In this document: positions 28,014 to 37,199 of the stretch, piece by piece
How positions within the stretch are numbered: position 1 is the stretch's first letter
Layout: every line of letters starts with the position of its first letter
Assembly (NCBI GenBank): GCA_963711565.1
Contig: CAVQEQ010000003.1
Coordinates: forward strand, 608,001 to 672,000
Origin: an uncultured delta proteobacterium
Lineage (GTDB): Bacteria; Desulfobacterota; Binatia; Binatales; Binataceae
Direction of reading: 5' to 3'
Length of the DNA stretch: 64,000 nucleotides
Program-made: the position numbers and the translations under genes
Notes under the pieces: generated by a model
The model's database searches: none
Told to the model about the DNA's origin: nothing
Seen by the model: only the letters and a program-made list of their open reading frames with translations

Positions 28014-28907
28014 GTGCTCACGTATCTGTCTCTTGCGGTTCTTGCCAGCGTGCTGATGGCGCTGGGCCTGTTGATGATGAAGAGCCGCTCGGCGGATCTG
28101 CCGATGGCGACCGGCGCGAATACGATCGGTGCGATCGTCGCATGGATTCGCGATCCTATTTGGATCGGCGGGCTCGGCGTGCAGACTGCAGGCTGGGCCT
28201 GCTACGTGATCGCCGTGTCGAGAGCGCCGGTGTCGATGGTGGCGGTGATGATGCAGGGTGGAATCGGGCTATTCGTAATCGCGTCGGTGGCAGTTCTGGG
28301 CGAGCGCGCGACCGCGCGCGAATGGGTCGGCATCGGCGCGATCATTTTCGGGATGCTGATGCTCACGCTGTCGCTTCAAGGCGGCGAGGCCGAAGTTGCG
28401 TTCGAGCCTGGAACGCTGCTGATGTTCACCGTGCTGCTGACGGCCGCTGGGTTGGCTCCCATGGCCCTCGCGCGGATGAACGCCAGCGGCGCCGCTGCCG
28501 CGATATTCTCCGGTGTCGCGTTCGGCCTCGGCGCATTGTTCACCAAAGCGATGACGCTCGAGTTCGGCGGCGATGCCGTTTTAGTGGCCCTGAGATTACT
28601 GTCGAATCCTTATGTGTACGGCATGCTCGTCGCCAACATCCTGGGGATTGTCATGCTGCAGAACTCGTTTCATTCGGCGCGCGCGATAATTGCGATGCCG
28701 TTGTCGGGGGCGCTGTCGAACATCGTGCCGATCATCGGCGGGATGATCGTGTTCGGGGAGCGACTTCCGGCCGGATCGGTCGCGGCCACGATGCGTGTCG
28801 GCGCATTCGCGTTGACAATCGCAGCAGGCGCTCTCCTTTCCGGATCGCGCGAGCAATTGCCGCGAGAGGCAGTTGTGGTCGGGCCGCTATCGAGAGTGAA
28901 AAGCTAG
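28014..28907 (+). CDS. DMT/EamA-like membrane transporter
   Basis: About 9 hydrophobic segments; WIGG, APVSMV, LGERATAREWVG, FGERLP; GTG start 6 bp after the hpnI stop. Confidence 0.72.
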   Translation: MLTYLSLAVLASVLMALGLLMMKSRSADLPMATGANTIGAIVAWIRDPIWIGGLGVQTAGWACYVIAVSRAPVSMVAVMMQGGIGLFVIASVAVLGERATAREWVGIGAIIFGMLMLTLSLQGGEAEVAFEPGTLLMFTVLLTAAGLAPMALARMNASGAAAAIFSGVAFGLGALFTKAMTLEFGGDAVLVALRLLSNPYVYGMLVANILGIVMLQNSFHSARAIIAMPLSGALSNIVPIIGGMIVFGERLPAGSVAATMRVGAFALTIAAGALLSGSREQLPREAVVVGPLSRVKS

Positions 28908-29746
28908 AAGTTCGCTTTTGGCACCGGCAGGCCGGGGACGTCGGCACGCCCGCGGAAAATCGTTCCCCTGCTATTTGGATCATCGGTGTTGTCGGCGGTC
29001 ACGACGTAGAGATCGCGCAGGTCGCGACCGCCGAAGACCAGGCTGGTCACCATCGTGGCCGGCAACTTGATTCGCTTGACCACGGTGGCGTCCTTCGCGA
29101 AGTGCACCACCTCGCCGACGCGGACTGCGGCAACCCATACGCCGCCTTGCGCATCGACGGCCAGCCCGTCGGGCATTCCCGCGGGCATTTTTGAGAAGAC
29201 GCGCCGGTCCTTGACGCCGCGCTCGTGCGTGACGTCGTAAACCCACACCGCGCCGGTACTGGAATCCGAATGATACAGATGCTTTCTGTCGGGGCTGAAG
29301 CCGAGACCGTTGCTGACCTCGATGCCGTCCCACAACTTCACCGGGCGACCAGGCGGATCGATGCGGAACAGGCTGCCCGGAATCGGCTTGTCGTTGCTCA
29401 GCGGATTGAAGTTGATGGTGCCGGTATAGACGCTGCCGTGATCGTCGGTCGTGAGATCGTTCATGCTGATCGGCTTGCCTTCCCATGCGGCGAACAGGTC
29501 GCGGCTCTTGCCGGTTTTCTCATCCCAGTGAATCAGGGCGCGGCCGGTGAGCACGAGCCCGCCGCGCTGGTTGAAGATCATCCCGCCGACACCCTTGCGT
29601 TTCGGAATCAGCGTTTCGACGTTGCCGCCGGGATTGCGGCGGTAGATGCCGCCGTTGGGAATGTCGCTGAAGTAGAGACGGCCGAGGTCGTCGACACGCG
29701 GCGCTTCGAGCAGGCCGTAGCCGCTCGCGAGCATCTCGAATTCCAT
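28904..29746 (-). CDS. SMP-30/gluconolactonase/LRE family protein
   Basis: LLEAPR, MNDL, SNGLGFSPD, PDGLAVDAQGGVWVA, FGGRDLRDLYV; GAGGAGG RBS before ATG 29746. Confidence 0.92.
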   Translation of the reverse strand: MEFEMLASGYGLLEAPRVDDLGRLYFSDIPNGGIYRRNPGGNVETLIPKRKGVGGMIFNQRGGLVLTGRALIHWDEKTGKSRDLFAAWEGKPISMNDLTTDDHGSVYTGTINFNPLSNDKPIPGSLFRIDPPGRPVKLWDGIEVSNGLGFSPDRKHLYHSDSSTGAVWVYDVTHERGVKDRRVFSKMPAGMPDGLAVDAQGGVWVAAVRVGEVVHFAKDATVVKRIKLPATMVTSLVFGGRDLRDLYVVTADNTDDPNSRGTIFRGRADVPGLPVPKANF

Positions 29747-29830
29747 CGCGGGGATCCTCCTCAGCCCGTTTACCACGCTTCGCGACGCACCGCGAGGCCA
29801 GGTGGTAAGTCGTCGCGGCAGTTCGCCCTC

Positions 29831-32800
29831 TCAGTCAGGAAGATCGACAGGAACCGGCTGGGTCAGGCGCGAGCGGTTCTGATCGTCGAGGCGCAGGCGA
29901 CGATGGCACAAATAGATCAGCACCGGTTGTAGAATTCGCGTCAGCATCATGATCGCCAGCGCGCCGCCGATTACGACGATCGCCAGCGGCTGCTGGGTTT
30001 GGGCGCCGATTCGAGTCGAAATCGCCGCGGGCAGCAGGCCGAGCGCATCGACCAGGTCGGTCATCATCGTGGCGCGAAGACGCCGGTCAGAGCCGGTGAT
30101 GATCGACTCGACGAATGGATTGCCCTCCTCCCAAAGCCTGCGGATGTAGAAGCTCAGCAGGATACCGTCCATGACGGCGATGCCAAAAATTGAGATGAAG
30201 CCAACGCCGGCCGAGACGCTGAAAGGCGTGCCAGTGATGATCAGCGCCAGGACTCCGCCCAGGCACGCGACCGGGATCTGGGCCATGATGATGAAGGTGT
30301 CGATGAGCGATTGAGTCGCGGCGTAGAGCACGCCTGCGATCAGCAACAGCGCGAACGGTACGACGATGGCGAAACGGCGATTGGCGGCCTGAAGTTCGCC
30401 GTACTCACCCGACCATTCCAGATGCACGCCATCGGGAAGGTGAACCTCCTGCGCAATTTTGCGCTTGGCATCGAAGATGGTGCTCTGCAGATCGCGATCG
30501 CGGACCGAGAACCGTACCGGCACGTAACGCTGCAGCGCTTCGCGGTAGATGAAGGACGCGCCCTCGGCGGTCTCGATGTTGGCGACCTGGTCGAGCGGAA
30601 CCTGGCCGCCGCCAGGAAGATTGACGCGGATTTGGCGCACCGCATCCAGGCTCTCGCGATACTCCGGCTTCCATCGCACGACCAGGTCGAAGCGCCGGTC
30701 GCCTTCGAGCACCTGGGTAACGGCCTGGCCGCCGATCGCCGCCTGCACGATCGCGCCGACATCGCCGACGTTGAGCCCGTAACGCGCGCAAGCGGTCCGG
30801 TCCGGGGTGATTTGCAGATTGGGCTGACCCATCGAGCGCAGCACTACTTCATCGACGACGCCGGGAACCCCGCTCAGGGTTTCTCTGATATCGTTGGCGA
30901 TTCGTTCATCAGTCGCCAGGTCGTCGCCGAAAACCTTGATCGCGTTTTCTCCGGCCTTTACGCCCGAGATCGCTTCGTCGATGTTGTCTTCGATGTTTTG
31001 CGAATAGCTGAAGCTGACACCGGGAAATTTCCGGGTAAGTTTGTCGTCGATCTGCGTGACCAGTTTCGGTTTGGTCATGCCGGCCGGCCACTGATCATCC
31101 GGCTTTAGATCGACCGAGAACTCGATGTTGAAAAAGCCGGCGGTCTCGGTGCCGTCGTCGGGGCGGCCGAGCTGCGAGACGACAGTGGTGACCTCGGGGA
31201 AGCTCTTGAAGACAGCGCGCATCTGATTGCAGAGCCGGGCGCCGTGCTCGAGCGAAATCGTCAACGGCATCGTCGCGTGCGCCCAGATATTTCCTTCCTC
31301 GAGCTTGGGCAGAAACTGGCCGCCCAGCAGCGGGAACAGCGACAGCACGCCCGCCACCAGCAGAACAATCATGGCCAGCGTGAGCCGCGGCCAGTTCAGG
31401 ATCCGCTCGAACATCCCGTGGTAGAAGGCGGCGATCCCCGTCCAGATGGGGTTGCGAATCGCGCGCATCCCGCGGGCGAAGAAATACGAAGACAGCACCG
31501 GCGACAAGGTCACCGCCAGCAGAATCGCGGTCCCCAGCGCAAACGCGTAGGTGTGCGACATCGGCGAAAAGATCGCGCCCTCGACCCCCCGCATCGTGAA
31601 CAGCGGCAGGAACGCGATCACGAAAATCAGCGTCGAGAAGAACATCGGGCCGCCAACTTCCTGCGCGGCCGCCAGGATGCGAAGCCGGTAACTCTCGTGC
31701 GAGCGCTCGGGCGCGGTCAGATGCCGTTCGATATTTTCCATCACGATGACGGTGGTATCGATGATGATGCCGAAGTCGATCGCGCCCAGCGAAATAAGAT
31801 TGGCCGGCGTATTGGTCAAGTGCATCAGCGCGAACGCCCCGCACAGCGCCAGCGGGATGTTGATTGCGGCGATAATTGCGGCCCGCAGGTTGCCGAGAAA
31901 GAAAAGCAGCACCAGGAAGACCAGCACCATCCCGACGGTTAGATTTTCGAGCACCGTGTGCAGCGTGGTCTCGACCAGGGTGGTGCGGTCGTAGTAGGGC
32001 ACGACCTTGTAGCCCTTGGGCAGGATGCCCGAGGTGTTGAGGTCGTGGACCTTGGCCTCGACGCCCTTGAGCGTTTCCAGGGTGTTGCCGTACTTGCGCA
32101 TCAGGACGATGCCGGTGACGACCTCGTTCTGATTGTCCTTGCCGACGATTCCGAGCCGGGGCGCGTAACCGACCTCAACGTCGGCGACGTTGGATACTTT
32201 GATCGGGGTGGACTTGCTGGTGTTGAGCACGACGTTGCCGATGTCGTCGAGACTGCGGAAAAAACCGAGCCCGCGCACGTCGAACGCCTGTTCACCGACG
32301 CTCATATAGTTGCCGCCGGAATTGGTGTTCGAGTTCTGCAGAGCCGCGATCAAGGTCGATAACGGAACCTGGTAGTAGTTCAGCTTTTGCGGATCGACTT
32401 CGACCTGGTATTGCTTCGTCAATCCGCCGAAGCCCGAAACGTCCTCGACGCCCGGCACGGTCTTGATCTGCTTTTCAAGGATCCAATCCTCGACGGTCTT
32501 CTCGTTGGTCAGATCGTGATCGGGACTCTCGACCGTGTAGCGGTAAATTTCTCCGATCGGATTGTCGGGCGAAATTCCCGGCGTCACACCCTGCGGCAAG
32601 GTGATGAATGACAAGCGGTTAATAGTCTCGACGCGGTCCCAGTAGTAGTCGCTGTCCCACGAAAAATAGCAGCGAATATCCGACAGCCCGTACAGCGAAA
32701 TCGAGCGCATCGCCTCGAGATCGCGCATCCCGGCCAGGCCGTATTCGGTCGGCACAGTGACCAGCTTTTCAACTTCTTCGGCGCTGAGGCCGTTGGGCAG

Positions 32801-32953
32801 CGACAGGATTTCGATCAATGGCTGGACCGGATCTGGATACGCCTCGATATCGAGCTGCGAGAACGAATAGATTCCAGCCAGCAACAGCATCAGCGCGATG
32901 CCGACAACGACTACTCGCTCGCGCAGTGCCAGCGCCATCAACGATCGAATCAT
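29831..32953 (-). CDS. czcA: CusA/CzcA family heavy-metal efflux RND permease
   Basis: IEAYPD, AEEVEKLVTVP, SLGAIDFGIIID..ENI, FLPKLEEG, GRPDDGT. Confidence 0.92.
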   Translation of the reverse strand: MIRSLMALALRERVVVVGIALMLLLAGIYSFSQLDIEAYPDPVQPLIEILSLPNGLSAEEVEKLVTVPTEYGLAGMRDLEAMRSISLYGLSDIRCYFSWDSDYYWDRVETINRLSFITLPQGVTPGISPDNPIGEIYRYTVESPDHDLTNEKTVEDWILEKQIKTVPGVEDVSGFGGLTKQYQVEVDPQKLNYYQVPLSTLIAALQNSNTNSGGNYMSVGEQAFDVRGLGFFRSLDDIGNVVLNTSKSTPIKVSNVADVEVGYAPRLGIVGKDNQNEVVTGIVLMRKYGNTLETLKGVEAKVHDLNTSGILPKGYKVVPYYDRTTLVETTLHTVLENLTVGMVLVFLVLLFFLGNLRAAIIAAINIPLALCGAFALMHLTNTPANLISLGAIDFGIIIDTTVIVMENIERHLTAPERSHESYRLRILAAAQEVGGPMFFSTLIFVIAFLPLFTMRGVEGAIFSPMSHTYAFALGTAILLAVTLSPVLSSYFFARGMRAIRNPIWTGIAAFYHGMFERILNWPRLTLAMIVLLVAGVLSLFPLLGGQFLPKLEEGNIWAHATMPLTISLEHGARLCNQMRAVFKSFPEVTTVVSQLGRPDDGTETAGFFNIEFSVDLKPDDQWPAGMTKPKLVTQIDDKLTRKFPGVSFSYSQNIEDNIDEAISGVKAGENAIKVFGDDLATDERIANDIRETLSGVPGVVDEVVLRSMGQPNLQITPDRTACARYGLNVGDVGAIVQAAIGGQAVTQVLEGDRRFDLVVRWKPEYRESLDAVRQIRVNLPGGGQVPLDQVANIETAEGASFIYREALQRYVPVRFSVRDRDLQSTIFDAKRKIAQEVHLPDGVHLEWSGEYGELQAANRRFAIVVPFALLLIAGVLYAATQSLIDTFIIMAQIPVACLGGVLALIITGTPFSVSAGVGFISIFGIAVMDGILLSFYIRRLWEEGNPFVESIITGSDRRLRATMMTDLVDALGLLPAAISTRIGAQTQQPLAIVVIGGALAIMMLTRILQPVLIYLCHRRLRLDDQNRSRLTQPVPVDLPD

Positions 32954-32988
32954 CGACTAGCCAATAGTTCCGGTTGAGTTCTTCCGAC

Positions 32989-34116
32989 CTACGAACTTTC
33001 CCCGTGAGCCAGGTGCCAAAGCGCGTTCACCTGCAGGGTCTCGCCGGTGACCACGTGGTCGCCGGCTTTGAGTCCGGAAACGATGCGCGCGTAGCCGACT
33101 TTGCTCCACGACGCGATCGTGACCTTGCGATGCTCGAACATGCCGGCGCTGACCTCGACGAACGCATAGTAAGCGTCGATATCGAAGACGAGCGCGTCCT
33201 GCGGCACTACCAGCGCGTCGCCGGGGCGAGTGACGATACTCACCTTCGCGAGCATCTGAGGCTTGAGCTTGCCGTCGGGATTTTTCACTTCGCAGCGAAG
33301 TTGAAGCGTGTGCGTCGTTGGATCGACGTTCGGGCTGATGCGCGCGATCACGCCCTTGAACACTTCGTCGGGAAAAGCGGTGGTTACCGCCGACAGTTCC
33401 TGGCCGACGCGCACGCGCGCGAGGTCGTCCTCGTAAATGTCGCCGGTGATCCAAACGTCATTGAGCGTCCCGAGCGAAAACAGCACGTCGCCCGGATTGA
33501 CCGCGGCGCCGCGCTGCACCTTGTTGTCGACGACGGTGCCGCTGATCGGTGCGCGCATCCAGACGGTTGGGTCGGGCGCCTTGATGGCTCTGATGTCAGC
33601 ATCGCTCATCCCGAGAAACTGCAGTTTGCGTTTGGCCGCGATCAACAAACTGCCGGCAAAATCCGACGAAGCGCCGACACCCGGCGCAGAGATCAGCGTT
33701 GTGGACTCGCGCGCCTGGAGATACTCCGATTCCGCCGTCATGAAGTCGGGGCTGTAGAGCGCCAGGATTTTCTCGCCGCGCTGAACGTTGTCCCACAGGG
33801 AGACGCGGGTTTGCTCGATTCGCCCCGCGACGCGCGAAACGATCGTCGAGACGCTGCGGTCGTCGTAGGTGATCTGCCCGGAGGTCTCCAGGATGCCCGG
33901 CATCTCGATGTTCTGCACCTCCACGATCTTCAGACCGGGTACGTCCGCGGGATTGAATTGGATCAGTTCGACGCCCTGTTGATGAACCAGTTGCACCACT
34001 GGAGTCGCTTCGGGAACCGCCGCCGCGGGACCCTCCGAGTCGCTGTGGCATCCCGCGATTGAGATAGCCGCGGACAGCAGTGCGAGCGCGATAAGATTGA
34101 GATTGCGGCGGTTCAT
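32989..34116 (-). CDS. czcB: RND efflux periplasmic adaptor (CzcB-like), lipoprotein
   Basis: Lipobox IAGC; RAPISGTV, VWITGDIYEDDL, NPDGKLKPQM, GLKAGDHVV. Confidence 0.88.
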   Translation of the reverse strand: MNRRNLNLIALALLSAAISIAGCHSDSEGPAAAVPEATPVVQLVHQQGVELIQFNPADVPGLKIVEVQNIEMPGILETSGQITYDDRSVSTIVSRVAGRIEQTRVSLWDNVQRGEKILALYSPDFMTAESEYLQARESTTLISAPGVGASSDFAGSLLIAAKRKLQFLGMSDADIRAIKAPDPTVWMRAPISGTVVDNKVQRGAAVNPGDVLFSLGTLNDVWITGDIYEDDLARVRVGQELSAVTTAFPDEVFKGVIARISPNVDPTTHTLQLRCEVKNPDGKLKPQMLAKVSIVTRPGDALVVPQDALVFDIDAYYAFVEVSAGMFEHRKVTIASWSKVGYARIVSGLKAGDHVVTGETLQVNALWHLAHGESS

Positions 34117-35390
34117 TGATGCAACGGCGCTCCGATAGCCTGCTCGAGCGAGACTTCACCGGCCAGAAATTGATTCGCCGCCTGCAGGTAGCTCACCCGC
34201 GCAGCGTATTCGCTCTGCAGCACGGTCGAGAGCGTGACGAAATCGATTTTACCCGACTGATAGGCCGTCAGCGCGACTCGGAAATTCTGCCGTGCCAGCG
34301 GAATCAGCGAATCGCGATAGAGGATCGCGGTTTCGTAGGCGTACTGCGCGCTGCGGTACAACGTAGCGATCGCCGCCGCGGTCTGGATTCTGATCAGATC
34401 CTGGTTCGAGCGCGCTGCAGCCAGGCTGGCCTTCGCTCGCGCCACATCCTCATTCTGATGGAGCCAGAAGAAGATCGGCACATTGAAGCCAATCGAGCTA
34501 ACCCAGTAGTTGAATTTATTAGGTTGAGGCCCGGCGCTGCTCAGAGTGTATTGATCGTTGCCGATGCCGGCGGTGAAATCGGGCAGGTATTCCATCTTCG
34601 CGAGAAAGAGCGCGGTATTCGCGTTGCGCTCCGCAAGCGCCGCTTCGAGGATTTCCTGCCGGACAGCGTAGGCCCGATCTGTAAGCGCGTCGAGCGGGTA
34701 GCTGAGGGCTTCGAGATTAAGAGTTCGATCGACCGACAATGGCTCGCCGACCGGTCGATCGAGTTGCAGATTCAGCGCGGTTTCATCATTTTGAACCGCA
34801 GTCAGGTACTGGCGCTGGAGCTGGCGCGCCGCCGCGAGGTTGAACTCCGCACTGATCACGTCGGTCTGCTGCGCCGCCGAGCCCGAGTAAGCGGTCTCGG
34901 TGACTCTGACCACCTGGTCGAGGTTCTGGACGTTCTCGGCGTTGACGTCAGTCAGTGCCTGGTCGAGCACCAACTGAAAATAACCGGTCTCGGTCGCGGC
35001 ACGGACGTCGCGCACCGTCGCTGCGAGCATCAGATGTGCAATCTCGGCGGAATGCACCGCCTGGTCGCGCTGATAGAGCGCCTTGCCCGGAAACTGAAAG
35101 GATTCGGTCAGGCTGAATGTGCGCAAATCCGGGCGACCGAACGGGTTACTGACGCTGTCGGTATTCGCATAGCCGAGAATTGGATCGTTAGGCGCAACGG
35201 TCTGCTTGATCGAATGGAGCGCGGCGTCCCAATTGTAGCTGGCGGTCTTGACCTGCGGATTCGCCTCGATTGCGATTTCGACGAGCTGAGATTCAGAAAG
35301 GAGGGCGTCGGCCGCACGCGCCTGCGACGCGACAAAGCCCAACGTCGCGATCGCAAGCATCAGAGCACCGCCAGTCTTCATCGTTAACAC
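34113..35390 (-). CDS. czcC: TolC/CzcC family outer membrane efflux protein
   Basis: Signal peptide; AIEANP, YLPDF, AYQSGKIDF; first gene of the CBA operon. Confidence 0.85.
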   Translation of the reverse strand: MLTMKTGGALMLAIATLGFVASQARAADALLSESQLVEIAIEANPQVKTASYNWDAALHSIKQTVAPNDPILGYANTDSVSNPFGRPDLRTFSLTESFQFPGKALYQRDQAVHSAEIAHLMLAATVRDVRAATETGYFQLVLDQALTDVNAENVQNLDQVVRVTETAYSGSAAQQTDVISAEFNLAAARQLQRQYLTAVQNDETALNLQLDRPVGEPLSVDRTLNLEALSYPLDALTDRAYAVRQEILEAALAERNANTALFLAKMEYLPDFTAGIGNDQYTLSSAGPQPNKFNYWVSSIGFNVPIFFWLHQNEDVARAKASLAAARSNQDLIRIQTAAAIATLYRSAQYAYETAILYRDSLIPLARQNFRVALTAYQSGKIDFVTLSTVLQSEYAARVSYLQAANQFLAGEVSLEQAIGAPLHQ

Positions 35391-35604
35391 CCGAACTCCA
35401 CGCCGCCCATGGCAAATACGTCGCCGGCTCGAAAAGGTTCCATCATTCGTGACCCAAATCGGTTACATGAGGCGCGCCGTGTCCGCAATCGACACTAGAT
35501 TAAACCGGTTAGAATTAACCACCGAAAGCGCTCCGCGATAGTCGCGTTGCAAATCGCAGGAGCCTTGTGGCCGTTCAATCCGGCTGATATTTGTTATCGA
35601 ACAA

Positions 35605-35641
35605 TACCCTCTGGGGTACCGTATTATACCTACCAGGGTAT
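35605..35641. promoter_or_regulatory. Tandem RcnR/CsoR/FrmR-type operators
   Basis: TACCC-TCTG-GGGTA (35605-35618) and ATACC-TACCAG-GGTAT (35626-35641) between the divergent efflux operon and the repressor gene. Confidence 0.75.
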
Positions 35642-35669
35642 CCTATAACGAAGGCCGGGAACACCGTCA

Positions 35670-35948
35670 ATGGCTCATACGATCAGAGACAAGAAAAAAC
35701 TCATCAACCGCGTCCGCCGCATCCGCGGCCAGCTCGACGCCGCCGAGAGCGCGTTCGAGCGCGAACTCGATTGCACCGACATCATGCATACCCTCGCCGC
35801 GAGCAGAGGCGCTCTCGACAGCCTCATGGCGGAAGTGATGGAGGGACACATCAAGCTTCACCTTGTCGATCCCGACGACCATCCGACCTCATCTCAGGCG
35901 AAGGCGGCGCAGGATCTGATTGATGTGATCAAAACCTATCTGACGTAA
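35670..35948 (+). CDS. rcnR: RcnR/CsoR/FrmR family metal-sensing repressor (RcnR/DmeR type)
   Basis: MAHTIRDKKKLINRVRRIRGQ; His3, Cys35, His60 and His64 match RcnR Ni/Co ligand positions. Confidence 0.85.
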   Translation: MAHTIRDKKKLINRVRRIRGQLDAAESAFERELDCTDIMHTLAASRGALDSLMAEVMEGHIKLHLVDPDDHPTSSQAKAAQDLIDVIKTYLT

Positions 35949-35967
35949 CGAAAAAGTATGGGCTGGA

Positions 35968-36516
35968 TCAGTTGCCGGCGACCTTGGCTTTTGCACTAGC
36001 AGCTTGCAGCGATCGGAGGTACATCACGATCTGCCAGCGCTGCTCGGGCGGCATTTCTTCGGCGTAGGAGGGCATCGACAGAATGCCGTCGCGAATCGCG
36101 CCGTAGATGTAGCCGTCGGGAAGATCCTTGCTCGTACCGGCCACCAGATCTTTCGGCGGCTTCGCCAGGAGATGCGCGACCGGGCCGTTGCCCTGCCCCG
36201 ACTCTCCATGACACGGCGCGCAGTAGGTATTGAACTGCTGTTTACCGTTGGTGAGATTTTCGGGCGTCGGCTGTAAAGGGTTGTGCATCTTGATCGTCGC
36301 CTGCTCGAGGCTCATCGGCGGCTCTCCGCCATGAACTGGGATTGTGTCTGCCGGAGTCACGCGCGGCGCCTCTGCGTAGGGCTGAACCTCCGGCCCGCGG
36401 TACATGTCGATACTCCACGGGAAGCAACCAGCCGGCGTCGGCAACGTCGCGACCGCAATCGCAACCGCGATCATAAATCCCCCGACGCGAATCGTCCTCG
36501 CAAGCGGACCAATCAC
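35968..36516 (-). CDS. Monoheme cytochrome c (ActE-like)
   Basis: CAPCH heme motif, GxGNG, MPSY axial Met, EQRWQIVMYLRSLQ; N-terminal signal/lipoprotein-like segment. Confidence 0.88.
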   Translation of the reverse strand: MIGPLARTIRVGGFMIAVAIAVATLPTPAGCFPWSIDMYRGPEVQPYAEAPRVTPADTIPVHGGEPPMSLEQATIKMHNPLQPTPENLTNGKQQFNTYCAPCHGESGQGNGPVAHLLAKPPKDLVAGTSKDLPDGYIYGAIRDGILSMPSYAEEMPPEQRWQIVMYLRSLQAASAKAKVAGN

Positions 36517-36537
36517 GCTACTGAAAATCTCCCCTAT

Positions 36538-36999
36538 CTACTTCTTGACGACAATCACCCCGACCATACCTGCCTTCTCATGCGGAAGGCAAAAGTAGCG
36601 ATAGGTGCCCGGCACGGTAAAAGTGTAACTATAGTCGCCGCCGGGCGGGATGAAGCCTGAATCAAACGCCACCGCGCCCTTCGGCATCGAGGTGTCCCCG
36701 GGGTTCTGCGCGTTGACGGCACTAGTCGAGACCGAGTGTACCGTCTCGCCGCCGTTGACCCACTGAACGGTATCGCCAACTTTGATCGCGACATTTTCGG
36801 GCGTGTAGAACGGCTTCGTATCGGCCATCTTGATCACGATTGGAGTGCCAGCCGCTCTGGCGGGATCCGGCAGCAGCGCGAGCGCGGCGGCGATCGCGGC
36901 GGCTACGGCGACGATTACGACGCGAAGAAGAATTCGCGACCGCGGCTTGAGTGAAGCGGCGGCGGCGATGCGGAGATCGATCGTGGAACTGGCCATCAC
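36538..36999 (-). CDS. Plastocyanin/pseudoazurin-family blue copper protein
   Basis: VGDTVQWVN...HSV...GTYRYFCLPHEKAGMVG type-1 Cu ligands H, C, H, M; signal peptide. Confidence 0.9.
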   Translation of the reverse strand: MMASSTIDLRIAAAASLKPRSRILLRVVIVAVAAAIAAALALLPDPARAAGTPIVIKMADTKPFYTPENVAIKVGDTVQWVNGGETVHSVSTSAVNAQNPGDTSMPKGAVAFDSGFIPPGGDYSYTFTVPGTYRYFCLPHEKAGMVGVIVVKK

Positions 37000-37066
37000 T
37001 CATCCTCTAATGCCGGAGGTAACTTCCGGGTACTCATGTATTCCTCGCTCGCCGTGCCGCTCAGCT

Positions 37067-37124
37067 TTGACATTAGTCAGCCTGATTGAGCGATCAGACG
37101 AGCATCACACTATCTAAAGTGTAA
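37067..37124. promoter_or_regulatory. Putative Fnr/Crp-type sites upstream of cupredoxin-cytochrome c operon
   Basis: TTGAC-ATTA-GTCAG (37067-37080, FNR-box-like) and palindrome TCACACT-N6-AGTGTAA (37105-37124). Confidence 0.4.
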
Positions 37125-37199
37125 CGCTTATTTTGAGCTATGCAAGACTGTCGGGCTGGTTAGTTCGGATATCGCGAAATCTACAGTAATAACAGGTGT

